From the NCBI GenBank assembly GCA_903831865.1, contig CAIKZH010000003.1, positions 1-58,150 of the forward strand: a DNA stretch of 58,150 bases, read 5' to 3'. Under the pieces are notes generated by a model that saw only the letters and a list, made by a program, of their open reading frames with translations, made no database searches and had not been told where the DNA came from. Positions 1 to 9,329 of the stretch are shown in pieces. Both the position numbers and the translations under genes were made by a program. This DNA comes from an uncultured Coriobacteriia bacterium (lineage in GTDB: Bacteria; Actinomycetota; Coriobacteriia; Anaerosomatales; PALSA-660). How positions within the stretch are numbered: position 1 is the stretch's first letter; every line of letters starts with the position of its first letter.

Positions 1-140
1 AGGGCTTCTACAACCCTCACCGGCGTCACTCTTCGATCGGCGACTTGTCTCCTGCAGAGTTCGAGCGGAGACTGGAGGAGCGGCGGCTTCAGGCCGTCGC
101 GTCATAGACAGCAGGTGTCAACAAGAGCGGGGCAACTCCC
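1..140 (+). mobile_element. Right end of an IS3-family insertion sequence (transposase C-terminus 3..107 plus right inverted repeat)
   Basis: Frame from 3 reads GFYNPHRRHSSIGDLSPAEFE...* (IS3 integrase-core C-terminal motif), followed by TGTCAACAAGAGCGGGGCAACTCC, typical of IS3/IS150 right ends. Confidence 0.85.
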
Positions 141-1151
141 TACGGCCTCGTTGCGGCGCACGAGGACGTCGTAGGCGTCGAGTTCCCGCACGACGGGTTC
201 GCCGACGACCTCGTTCCCAATCATGGTGACGACCTCACACCCACCACCGTGGTCGCGACCCCACAGCCAGTAGGAGATCCCACCGCGAATCTTCACGCCC
301 GGAAACACGTCGTACAACTGCGGAAAGTCAACGAGCTTCACGAAACGGTGGTCACGCAGCATCCGCTCACGGAAGTCGTCCAGGCCCTTTCCGCCCGAGA
401 ACCACCGGGACGGCGTGATCATCACGGCATACCGCGGTTCAAGCGACAGCGCTGCCTCAACGAACAGGTTGTAGATGGGTGTCGCTGACGCACCGCCACC
501 ACCGCCGCCATCGCCGAGCTGGTACGGCGGATTGCCGATGACCACGTCGAACTGCATCGCGCCTCCAAACAACTGGGCCAACCGAGCCTTGATGTCGTCA
601 GCGTGGATGAACGCGTACGCGTGAGTTTCGAGGTCTTCGCCCCTGCCAAGGGTCTTCCTGCTCGCGCCACAGTACTCGCATCTGCCGGCGACCCATGTGT
701 GTTCGGTGCGCGCGAACCAGATGTTGCCATCGTCGCTGGTGAAGGAGCCGGCGATGGAGTGCTCACCGCTGGCGTGCTTCGAGCAATACACGCTTCGGCG
801 TGCAAGTAGGCTGGTGAGGTGCGTGATGCCGATGCCGAACACCTGGTTGGTCAGGATGTGATTGACGCGCTGCTCGAGGTCCGGCATCTCGTCAGCAAGA
901 CCCATGGTGAGGCGCCTGGTAATCTCACGGAGGAACACGCCCGACTTCGTGCACGGATCAAGGAACCTCACCGAACGATCCGCCCACATGCTCGAGCCGT
1001 TGTTGTCGGCCGCCCACGCCTCGGCGAGGTTGTCCAGCATCCTGTTGGCGAATTCAGGCGGTGTGAACACCTCATCGTTAGACAGGTTCGCGATGCACGT
1101 CAACACATCCGGGTTGCGACCGCGAAGCGAGAAGGGTTCCTGGCCGTTCAT
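141..1151 (-). pseudogene. Eco57I-like/type IIG N6-adenine methyltransferase, 3'-truncated by the IS3 element
   Basis: Motifs EVFTPP, FLDPCTKSGVFL, DVVIGNPPY, ITPSRW; the reading frame runs into the IS end at ~140. Confidence 0.8.
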
Positions 1152-1804
1152 ACCGCTCCCCTCGTGGCGCCGCCGAAGGCCGCGCTAGCAAGCTCGCTCA
1201 CCCCGGTTGTCGGGTACGTCCTCGTCGGTATGAAGATCTCGTGCTCGTCGAGGTGGGCGAAGAGCGTGCCCTCCTCACGGAACGCTGCCATCTGGGTCAG
1301 GGCGTCCAGGCGGAAGTCGCGACGCTGGAACTTGCCCTTGCCTAGGTAGCCCCACTCCGCAAAGGTGATTGGTTGGCCAGCGCTGGTGCGCATCGTCAAG
1401 GCATCACCGTGGACTAGGTTCTGAGACAGCACGTAGAAGCCGGCTCGGTAGAGATCATCCGACTCCTCGAGATTCAGGTAGTCAGACAAGATCTCCAGCA
1501 TGTTCGAACGACAATCAGCGAGGTTGTCCGCCAGGAGCTCAATCCCATAGCAACACATCAGGGCGAGAAGCGCGTATTGACGTCGCTCGAAGTTGGACTT
1601 CCCGAACTTGAGTTCGACCGCAGCAAGCTTGCGTTGAAGGATGCGGACGAGGAAGTTGCCGTCCCCGCACGCCGGCTCCAAGAAACGAGAGTCGATGCGC
1701 TCGGTCTCGTCCTTCACGAGGTCGAGCATCGCGTCAACCATCCACGCGGGAGTGAATACCTCTCCGTGGTCCGCGATACGTTGTCTTGAATTGAACAGGC
1801 TCAT
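1148..1804 (-). CDS. SAM-dependent DNA methyltransferase-like subunit of an R-M locus
   Basis: MSLFNSRQRIADHGEVFTP...FLEPACGDGNFL (motif I); overlaps the next gene by 4 nt; start placed at ATG 1804. Confidence 0.8.
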   Translation of the reverse strand: MSLFNSRQRIADHGEVFTPAWMVDAMLDLVKDETERIDSRFLEPACGDGNFLVRILQRKLAAVELKFGKSNFERRQYALLALMCCYGIELLADNLADCRSNMLEILSDYLNLEESDDLYRAGFYVLSQNLVHGDALTMRTSAGQPITFAEWGYLGKGKFQRRDFRLDALTQMAAFREEGTLFAHLDEHEIFIPTRTYPTTGVSELASAAFGGATRGAV

Positions 1805-2034
1805 GGAATGAATCCCGTCCGGGGCGCGATAGCCGAGTTTGGATCCCACGTACGTCCGAGCGAAACCTGTGAGACGTGGTGGCTGGGGACGTTCGTCTGC
1901 ATGGTCGGATGATAGCTGGGTGAGACACTGGCCGACCAGAGTTGCCACTCTGCCGCGTTGCCTGCACCACAATTTGCTGGGTCCGGATACTTGTTCGGCC
2001 GACTCGCGAGAATCACACTCCTACGTGAATCACG

Positions 2035-2988
2035 GTGCCTCGACCCAAGGACGGGAACCCTTTGTCTCTCTTCGAGATCTCCCCCGAGTCCGGGCTTGTG
2101 CCCTTCCGCGAGCTGAAGGGCGACGACATCTACGAGAGTGAGATCGAGGATCTCTTCTGGGAGAACCCCGAGAGCTTCCTCGGCGAGCCAGTCTTCAAGG
2201 TCGCTCGCCAAGCAGTCCTTCCGACCGGGGGACGCGCCGATGCCGTCGTGATCGACAAGGACGCGAGAGTCGTTGTGGTGGAAATCAAGCGCGGCATAGA
2301 CCGTGGTCAGCTGGCACAGTGCCTAGAGTACGCTGGCTGGGCGAGGCGAACGAACCTCGACGAGCTGGCGAGCCTCTACAAGGCAGGCGTCGAGGAGTTC
2401 TTCCAGGACTGGGGAGAGTTCACTGAGAGCGACTCCCCTCGACTGGTTTCCCCAGCCCCTCGGCTTGCTCTTCTCGCTCATGGATTCGAAGGGCGCACCG
2501 AGTCCGCGCTCGAGTACTTGGCCGAGAACGGCGTCCCCATCCTGTGGGTCCCGTTGACCGTCTACTCAGATGCAACGGATCGGCAGTTCATCGACATCCA
2601 GAACGACGTCGAGCCCGCGCTTCCGCTCGCCACCGCCGAAGGCAGTTCGGCAGGAAGCCGCCAGCGCCGCGACGTCCTGCTTGAGGGACACCGGGTGACG
2701 ATAGGTGACCTGCTGGACGCGAGGTTGCTGGGCGTCGGCGAGGAGCTTGCCTGGGACCTGCCCAGGCTCGGCAAGCGCATCACCGCACACGTTGAGGACA
2801 ATGGAGCGCTCTTGCTTGGCGGAGGAGAGTCTTTCGCGTCACCTTCGGCCGCAGCAGGTGCCGCAAGGGGCGGAGCGGGGTCTTTCGACGGCTGGAGGGT
2901 GTGGCGCGCCGACGCGGGCAGGGGCGCACTACTGGATGAGCTTCGCGATCAACTCCTGTTGAGTCACGGCGCCGACAGCGAGACCTGA
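2035..2988 (+). CDS. NucS-like PD-(D/E)XK endonuclease fused to a RAMA-like domain
   Basis: ESEIED...GRADAVVID...VVVEIKRG...QCLEYAGW in the N-terminus; FASPSAAA...FDGWRVWR in the C-terminus. Confidence 0.7.
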   Translation: MPRPKDGNPLSLFEISPESGLVPFRELKGDDIYESEIEDLFWENPESFLGEPVFKVARQAVLPTGGRADAVVIDKDARVVVVEIKRGIDRGQLAQCLEYAGWARRTNLDELASLYKAGVEEFFQDWGEFTESDSPRLVSPAPRLALLAHGFEGRTESALEYLAENGVPILWVPLTVYSDATDRQFIDIQNDVEPALPLATAEGSSAGSRQRRDVLLEGHRVTIGDLLDARLLGVGEELAWDLPRLGKRITAHVEDNGALLLGGGESFASPSAAAGAARGGAGSFDGWRVWRADAGRGALLDELRDQLLLSHGADSET

Positions 2989-3165
2989 CCACGGGCGAGC
3001 GAGACTTGGGGTGCTTTGGGGCTCCTGCTCGCCGAGTACTCGAAGCACCGCCGAAGAACGGTCGGCGGCCTCATGCCCGAGTCGGCGCAGCCGGACTCCC
3101 TCGGCTTTCCTGCTCGGCAGCGGTCAGGTTTGTTCCGTATCCGAGGCTCGACCCTCCGCGACTCG

Positions 3166-3390
3166 CTAGTGGATGTGCGCCTGGATCAGGTAGCCAACGA
3201 TGCCGAGGAAGGTCGTGGCGATCGCCGCGGCCGCCCAGATCACGATCCTGCGCAGATCGGCGGTCTCGGTCTTGTCAGCCTTGCACGTGAGCGCCTCATC
3301 CAGCTTCGCCTCGATCGAGGCGAGCCTGCGGTCGATGTCTGTCATGTGGGTCTCCAAGGCGGCGAGCCGCTCGATCTCCGGGGCGGTCAC
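3166..3390 (-). CDS. Small coiled-coil plus C-terminal TM protein (holin/XhlA-like lysis accessory)
   Basis: Overlaps the endolysin stop; heptad N-terminus and hydrophobic IVIWAAAAIATTFLGIVGYLI. Confidence 0.6.
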   Translation of the reverse strand: MTAPEIERLAALETHMTDIDRRLASIEAKLDEALTCKADKTETADLRRIVIWAAAAIATTFLGIVGYLIQAHIH

Positions 3391-4112
3391 TCGGTGGCCA
3401 GCACTTCGCGCATGGTGGCCTCGTCGTGGTGCATCGTGGTCGCCTGGACCTTACACACGATGCCCTTGGTCGCGGCGCAGGCCGAGATCCGCAGGGCGGC
3501 CAGCCGGCCGCTGTAGGCAAGGAACACCTGCGTGCCGTCTGGGCGCGTGTCGGTGATCGCCGTGTCGCCCAGCGTGCGGGCCAGCGCCACGACGAGGCCG
3601 AGGTTGCCGGTCCGTTTCGTGCGGGCCGAGACCCAGTAGCCGATCGGCGCCGGGGCCGGTGCCGCTGCGTAGGGCGGGTAGCCGTAGCCGACCACGTTCA
3701 GGTACGAGCGCGTGCGACGGTAGACGCCGCCTCCGTTGACCTGAGAGCCCGCCACGCCCGAGGACGTGTTGCCCTCGATCGTCTTGATGCCCCAGGCGTA
3801 GACCGCGGTGACGATGCCGGTGTGGTTGATGCCCGCGTGCTCGCCAGAGAAGTGGTAGCCGACAATCGACCAGGGCCGCGGTCTTGTGCCGGCGAGCCTC
3901 TTGGCGGCGAACTGGTCGTGGAGCTGCTGCGCGCTCGCCGACCAGAACTCATGGCCGAATCCGGTCTGCTCGAGCACGATGGAGACGAACGAGGCGCACC
4001 ACGGCTCGCCCTGGGCGCCGAGAGCCGCTCCGAACTTCGTCAAGTTGACCGGCTTCTCGACGTAGCCCACGTAGGCCGAGGCGATGCGATCGACGTCTGC
4101 GATGTTGCGCAT
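3387..4112 (-). CDS. Endolysin, CHAP-domain amidase/peptidase
   Basis: PWCASFVS...NHTGIV...TIEGNTS CHAP motifs; GGAGGGAG RBS before ATG 4112. Confidence 0.88.
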   Translation of the reverse strand: MRNIADVDRIASAYVGYVEKPVNLTKFGAALGAQGEPWCASFVSIVLEQTGFGHEFWSASAQQLHDQFAAKRLAGTRPRPWSIVGYHFSGEHAGINHTGIVTAVYAWGIKTIEGNTSSGVAGSQVNGGGVYRRTRSYLNVVGYGYPPYAAAPAPAPIGYWVSARTKRTGNLGLVVALARTLGDTAITDTRPDGTQVFLAYSGRLAALRISACAATKGIVCKVQATTMHHDEATMREVLATE

Positions 4113-4168
4113 GGCGCTCCCTCCCTGGAGCCGAACTTGGCCTTGCAAGCTCAATGGTCGCGGTGCTG

Positions 4169-4372
4169 TCAGGGGCTCGCGTTGCTTGCCGCTTCTTCGG
4201 TCCCTCGCGTCGTCACCCTCGCCAGATGCTCCGTGACGGTGGCGAGGTCGCGCCGCGCATCGTCTCGCTCGGCCTTGGCGACCGCGGACTCAAGGGACAG
4301 CGTCGCGATCTGCTGCTGCAGGTACGCGATCACCTGTCCGGCGTCCACGGTGTGCTGACTCTCTTCCGGCAT
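4169..4372 (-). CDS. Small coiled-coil phage protein
   Basis: 67 aa ORF with an AAGGAG RBS between tail fibre and endolysin. Confidence 0.6.
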   Translation of the reverse strand: MPEESQHTVDAGQVIAYLQQQIATLSLESAVAKAERDDARRDLATVTEHLARVTTRGTEEAASNASP

Positions 4373-4420
4373 CGGAACTCCTTCTGCGTGGACATGGTCC
4401 CGTCGTTGATGGGCGCGTCT

Positions 4421-6577
4421 CTATCCGGTGCTGCCGACCAGTGCCCACGCGCCGCCGTCGATGCTGCGTTGCAGGTGGCCCGTGGCGTTCACGTTGAACT
4501 TCACGATGTTGCCGTTCGAGGACTTGAAGATGAGCGCGTTGCTGGCGCTGGCTGACATGTCGCAGCCTCCGGCGGCGGTGAGGACGCCGGTGACGCCGAG
4601 GGTTCCCGAGACCGTCGCGCTACCTGTGACCGTGAGCGTCCCAGAAACCGTGTGCCCGGCGATCCCGCCGCTGGGGGTGAGGACGCCGGCCACACCAAGG
4701 GCGCCGCCAAGGGTGCAACCTCGCGTGCCGACTTGTGAGATGGCTCCGTTCACCGTGAGGTCAGCATTGACCGTCGCAGTCCCTATCGTCGCTGCGGAAC
4801 GCAGGTCGAGCACCGCCGCGACCTTGCCGGAGATTGCGGACGTCTGCAGGACCGCCTCGTCCAGCGTGCCCTGCGAAAACCAGACGCCGCCCGGGCTCCC
4901 GGAGGGCGGGTAGTAGTAGATGTAGCCGACGGGTACCGAGTTCGACATCTCAAGACGCTCGCCGGATGCCGCCGTTCGGAAGAGGGCGGCTGAGATCGTC
5001 CCGCCGCTGATGGACGGCGAACTCAGTGCGACGCTCGCGGAGACGTAGTCGGCCCTTATCGAGTAGAGCGACCAGTCGCCGGGGTACTGCGCGTACGTGT
5101 AGCTGCCGCCTCTGGTCTGGATGCACCGACGCATGATGCCGGTGCCGTCCCAGTACATGTCGCCGACGTTCCACGGCGTGGTGGGAGCGACGAAGAACAC
5201 CTGCGTCTGCAGGCCGCCGGCCGGGCCCTGCGGCCCCTGGATCCCTTGAATTCCCTGGCTCCCCTGGCTGCCCTGCGCACCCGCGGCACCTTGTATCAGG
5301 CTCCAGGTGTAGTCGCTGGGCGTCACGCTCTCGGTCTGCGTGAGCTTGTTGTAGGCGATCCCCATGTACGACATGCCGGTCGGTGAGTCCGTGATCCCGG
5401 CGCCCGCCGCGCTCGTGCCGTACTTAATCCAGGTGTAGGTCGGAGCGCCGTTGCTACCCGCAGGCCCTTGAATGCCCTGCGAGCCAGTGCTACCCGCCGC
5501 ACCTTGTATCAGGCTCCAGGTGTAGTCGGTTGCCGTCGTACTCTCGGTCGCGGTGAGCTTGTTGTACGCGATGCCCATGTAGGTCATGCCGACGGGCGAG
5601 TCCTGAAGCCCGGCGCCTGTCGAGCTTGTTCCGTACTTGATCCAGGTGTAGGTCGTGGCGCCGTTTGCACCGGCGGGACCCTGTATGCCCTGCGTGCCCT
5701 GCGACCCGGCTGGACCCTGTATGCCCTGCGATCCCGTGGCGCCCGTGCTGCCAGGCGCACCCGTCACGCCGACGATGCGCATGGCGCTGGACCAACCGCC
5801 CGACCCGATCTGGACCTCCATGTAGAGATCCGCGGCGGGATTGAACGCGGGGTGCCAGTTCGTCGCGCCATTGGCGCTGTACTGCGTGGACAGGCTCGCT
5901 GCCGCTCCCGGCGAGCCAGCCGGGCCCTGTGCGCCCTGCTCGCCGACGATCCGCATGGCTGCCGACCACGAGCCCGAGCCGACTTTCAGGTGCATGTAGA
6001 TGTCCGCCGAGGCGTTGAAGATCGAGTGCCACGAGGTCGACCCGTCGACGCTGTACTCGACAGACACACTCGCGCCGTCGGCCCCAGGGGCGCCGGGAGA
6101 TCCGGCCGAACCCTCGATCTGCACCGGGGTCGACCACGTCCCGACGAGCGTGCCATCAAGCGCGATGGTCGCGAGCGACATCCACAGTGGGTTGCCGTCC
6201 TCGGCGGGTGGAGAGTCCGACCACGTCGTGGGGTCGGGCCCGGTCGGCGCGGCGGGCTGGCTCGCGGAGCGGATGAAGATGTAGCTCGTGTACTGACCGA
6301 CTCCCGTGGGCAGCTTGCTCGCGGGCACGATGCCGGTGCCCGGACCGCCCTCCATCATGCCGAGCACGAGCATGTCCATGCCGCTCACGATCACGGCGAC
6401 CGTGTCTCCGACCACGGGGTAATAGGCCCCGACTCGTGGCACGCTGGGCACGACCGTGGCGGATCCCGCGATAGTGATGTCCACCGTGCGGTCGCCGACG
6501 GCACTCACCGTCGCCCATCGCAGCCGGGCACCGGCCGGGGCCGTCTTGAACGCGGAGGCCATCTCGTGAAGCTGCAT
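4421..6577 (-). CDS. Tail fibre/receptor-binding protein with collagen-like G-X-Y tracts and internal repeats
   Basis: GxQG repeats, duplicated TYTWIKYG modules, Gly/Thr-rich beta C-terminus; start placed at MQLHEM. Confidence 0.8.
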   Translation of the reverse strand: MQLHEMASAFKTAPAGARLRWATVSAVGDRTVDITIAGSATVVPSVPRVGAYYPVVGDTVAVIVSGMDMLVLGMMEGGPGTGIVPASKLPTGVGQYTSYIFIRSASQPAAPTGPDPTTWSDSPPAEDGNPLWMSLATIALDGTLVGTWSTPVQIEGSAGSPGAPGADGASVSVEYSVDGSTSWHSIFNASADIYMHLKVGSGSWSAAMRIVGEQGAQGPAGSPGAAASLSTQYSANGATNWHPAFNPAADLYMEVQIGSGGWSSAMRIVGVTGAPGSTGATGSQGIQGPAGSQGTQGIQGPAGANGATTYTWIKYGTSSTGAGLQDSPVGMTYMGIAYNKLTATESTTATDYTWSLIQGAAGSTGSQGIQGPAGSNGAPTYTWIKYGTSAAGAGITDSPTGMSYMGIAYNKLTQTESVTPSDYTWSLIQGAAGAQGSQGSQGIQGIQGPQGPAGGLQTQVFFVAPTTPWNVGDMYWDGTGIMRRCIQTRGGSYTYAQYPGDWSLYSIRADYVSASVALSSPSISGGTISAALFRTAASGERLEMSNSVPVGYIYYYPPSGSPGGVWFSQGTLDEAVLQTSAISGKVAAVLDLRSAATIGTATVNADLTVNGAISQVGTRGCTLGGALGVAGVLTPSGGIAGHTVSGTLTVTGSATVSGTLGVTGVLTAAGGCDMSASASNALIFKSSNGNIVKFNVNATGHLQRSIDGGAWALVGSTG
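5281..5666. repeat. Two tandem 213-bp-period repeats in the tail fibre gene
   Basis: TTGTATCAGGCTCCAGGTGTAGTCG occurs at 5291 and 5504; encodes TYTWIKYGTS...YMGIAYNKLT...DYTWSLIQG twice. Confidence 0.9.
5768..6070. repeat. Two 174-bp-period repeats in the tail fibre gene
   Basis: GACGATxCGCATGGC at 5771 and 5945; encodes YS.xG.T.WH..FN..AD.YM...GSG.WS.AMRIVG twice. Confidence 0.8.
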
Positions 6578-6581
6578 GGCT

Positions 6582-7667
6582 CTACACCACCTGTGTCTCT
6601 CGGGCCGTCGCTGACATTGGGTCTGCCGCGGAGAGCGGCATGGTGATCTGGTCGAGCAGATAGCGGTGCACGCTGCCGTCAGGGTGCGTGATGTCCACCA
6701 CGTCCCAGGCGTCGTGCATGGGGTTGACGACCTGCGTCCAGGCGACCTGCTCGCTCTTGCCTGTGACGCTCGCCAGCAGCGTGGCCGCGGCTGCGTCACA
6801 GGCGGCTTGCGTGGTCAGAAGTGGCGAGGAGTAGAAGTAGGGCACCATTCCGGCGGGGCCGAGGTAGTACGTCGGAGACGACGGGTCGGTGTCCCATGCC
6901 ACGCTGCGCAGCGGTGTCGCCACGCCGGTGCCCTCGCCGCTGGCCACGACCCCGGTGTAGGTCTTGTCGTAGCTGAGATGGACCGTGGAGGCGATCACGA
7001 CGGCGGCCTCGCCTCCTGAATAGGTGTAGTCGGCCTGGGTCCGCGCGAGATCCGGCGGGATCCGCAGTCGCGCGAGGCCGTTGGTGTCGAAGTAGAGGTT
7101 GAAGCCCGCGGCCTGCGCGAGGGCCTGCGCACCGGCCCACGGATCCGAACTCTCGCCGGCGTCGAGCACCACCTGCGCGGGGACCGTGGCTGCCCCGGTG
7201 TCCGTCGCGGTGAAGGCGACCGGGCAGGCACCCCAGCGGTCGTGCAGCAGGTCCGTGAGCGCCTGGGCGAGGTCGGTGCCCGCGGCGATCGTGTATGGGT
7301 CCACCAGCCGGGCGCGTGAGATGCGCAAAGAGCGGTCGGAGCCATTGAGGGTGAGACTCATCCCGGCCTCGTCGTAGTCGAGGTCGGTGACCAGGAACAC
7401 GCCGAGTGGGATGAGCGTGCCCGGGACCCCGCGAAACAGCCTGACCTCCACGCCGTAGCTGGACAGCAGGCCGTAGAACTCGGAGAGCAGCCGAGACGAG
7501 TCCGGCGAGACAGTGAGCGCGCACGTGCGCAGGACAGCCCTGGTCGCGTCGATACTCACGGATCCCGTGGAGATCGGGAGCTCGCCCAGATCGGTGTCCC
7601 CGAACCACATCTCGGCCGAGGCGATGGCAAGGTGGGAGGAGCTGATCGCGGAGACGAGATCATCCAT
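6582..7667 (-). CDS. Minor tail protein (DUF5047-like baseplate hub)
   Basis: GSVSIDATRAVLRTCALTV, IPLGVF, AWDTDPSSPTYY.GP.G.VPYFYSSPLLTT as in actinophage minor tail proteins; position in module. Confidence 0.75.
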   Translation of the reverse strand: MDDLVSAISSSHLAIASAEMWFGDTDLGELPISTGSVSIDATRAVLRTCALTVSPDSSRLLSEFYGLLSSYGVEVRLFRGVPGTLIPLGVFLVTDLDYDEAGMSLTLNGSDRSLRISRARLVDPYTIAAGTDLAQALTDLLHDRWGACPVAFTATDTGAATVPAQVVLDAGESSDPWAGAQALAQAAGFNLYFDTNGLARLRIPPDLARTQADYTYSGGEAAVVIASTVHLSYDKTYTGVVASGEGTGVATPLRSVAWDTDPSSPTYYLGPAGMVPYFYSSPLLTTQAACDAAAATLLASVTGKSEQVAWTQVVNPMHDAWDVVDITHPDGSVHRYLLDQITMPLSAADPMSATARETQVV

Positions 7668-7679
7668 CGCGTTGCCCGC

Positions 7680-9329
7680 TCACGCCGGTGGGTCGATCTC
7701 GAGGTAGTTCAGCGTCCAGGTGCCGCGCGGCGCCGCAGCCGTGCCCTGCAGGACCTTCGAGCGCGAGGTGAGGCGGATCCACTTGCTGTTGCCGAACCCG
7801 TCGAGGACGTAGACCGGCCCCTGCGAGGCCACGATGGCGTCCATGTTCGCCAGGTCGGTCGCGTTGGCACACAGGACGTCGTAGCTGCCGTCGAGGCCGT
7901 GCATGTCGCCGGCGACGACGACGGGCTTCGTGCGCCCGCGAGGATAGAAGGCGCCCTGGTCCTCGATACGCTGTATCGCTGGGCCCGTGAGGACCTTCTG
8001 GTCCGGGTTGGACCACACGCCTCCCGCCTGTGCGTAGAAGAACCAGCCCGTGACGTTGCTGGTGATCGTGTGGCCCAGCGTGTCGAGCGAGCACGCCGGA
8101 GACCACGCGGAGCTCACCTGCTGGCCGCCGACCAGACAGTTCACGCGGGAGCGGTACTGCACGCCGGCGCCACGCGGGCAGGTCAGGTCCGTGCAGCCGC
8201 GAGAGGTCGACGTGCCGTCGAACTGCAGATTGGTGTCATAGACGTCGGCCCATGTCGTGCCGCCGTCGAGGCTGCGCTGGAAGTCGAACGTCGGCGACGT
8301 CAGGCCGGACGCGTAGCCGCAGTAGATCACCGGCACCGTCCCGGCCGCATTGTTGCAGGTGGTCGTCGGGGTGGCCGGCGGAGTGATGGCGATGGAGAAC
8401 GACGAGTAGCTCCAGGCGCCCCAGAAGATGTCGCCTCCGGGAACGTCCCGTGACGCGCGAGCGTAGCAGCGATAGGCCGCGCCGTTGACGAGCGAGGTGC
8501 CACACGTGGCGGTGAGCGCGACGGAGGTGGGAGTCGACCCGTCCCCGTAGGCGTCGTTGTTGTAGAGCAGGCTCGCCTTCACGCCGCCGTTGACGACCGT
8601 CGCCCACACCGGCGTCGAGACGGCCGGATCGAAGCCCGTGGCCCCGTAGGCCACCGCGTCGAAGATGCAGATCTGGACCTGGCCCCCGGTCAGGTAGTCG
8701 CCGAGGGCCGGCGCGTTGGTCTGCCACAGCTCGACCACGGTCGAGACCGAGAGCGCGATGGCAGGGAACGACGTGCCGGCGACCGCCCCGGAAGGCGCGC
8801 TGACCGTCACCGTCGCGGGCTTGAGGGTGAAGACGTCGGCATAGAGCTCGTAGATGTAGGCGCGGCTGGCGTAGGTGGCCAGGTGCTGGTCCCACACGCT
8901 GTGCACGAGGTTGTCGATGTGGGCCTGCGCCCACTGTGTGCCGTCCTGGGCCAGCGGCCGCCCCGTCGATGGGTGGCCGATGACGTCGGTGGCGCTCGTG
9001 GCCTTCGGGTAGGTCGCGTAGGGCCCGGTGTAGAGCGTCTTGGCGTTTCGGTCCTTGACGGTGGCGACCGCGACCGAGCACGGCTTGCCGTCGGTCGCCG
9101 CGAGCAGGTAGCGCATGCCCGGAACGACCGTGATGATGCGTTCCCCGGATCCGGGAGTGAACGTGCCGAGCTCGACCTGTGCGAGGACGTTGCTGGTCGC
9201 GCCCGCGCTTCGGCGTATGTAGGTGGCGTCGGACTGGTCGGAGAGAACGCCGTTGATGGACGAGCCGCCCGTGCGCGCCGCGTAGGGCACCCACCAGTCC
9301 GCGTTCGGCCGCAGTCGAGTGGTGGGCAC
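7680..9329 (-). CDS. Minor tail / distal-tail-like protein
   Basis: 549 aa directly after tape measure; C-terminal PRGRTKPVVV...WTLNYLEID resembles Dit-like domains. Confidence 0.65.
   Translation of the reverse strand: MPTTRLRPNADWWVPYAARTGGSSINGVLSDQSDATYIRRSAGATSNVLAQVELGTFTPGSGERIITVVPGMRYLLAATDGKPCSVAVATVKDRNAKTLYTGPYATYPKATSATDVIGHPSTGRPLAQDGTQWAQAHIDNLVHSVWDQHLATYASRAYIYELYADVFTLKPATVTVSAPSGAVAGTSFPAIALSVSTVVELWQTNAPALGDYLTGGQVQICIFDAVAYGATGFDPAVSTPVWATVVNGGVKASLLYNNDAYGDGSTPTSVALTATCGTSLVNGAAYRCYARASRDVPGGDIFWGAWSYSSFSIAITPPATPTTTCNNAAGTVPVIYCGYASGLTSPTFDFQRSLDGGTTWADVYDTNLQFDGTSTSRGCTDLTCPRGAGVQYRSRVNCLVGGQQVSSAWSPACSLDTLGHTITSNVTGWFFYAQAGGVWSNPDQKVLTGPAIQRIEDQGAFYPRGRTKPVVVAGDMHGLDGSYDVLCANATDLANMDAIVASQGPVYVLDGFGNSKWIRLTSRSKVLQGTAAAPRGTWTLNYLEIDPPA

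Noticed and set aside
1930-1999. GTTCGGC before the NucS-RAMA gene as an attC end
   Set aside because: No matching complementary arm found
5281-6070. Diversity-generating retroelement TR/VR pair
   Set aside because: Repeats are in-frame tandem domains, differences are not adenine-specific, and no reverse transcriptase is present
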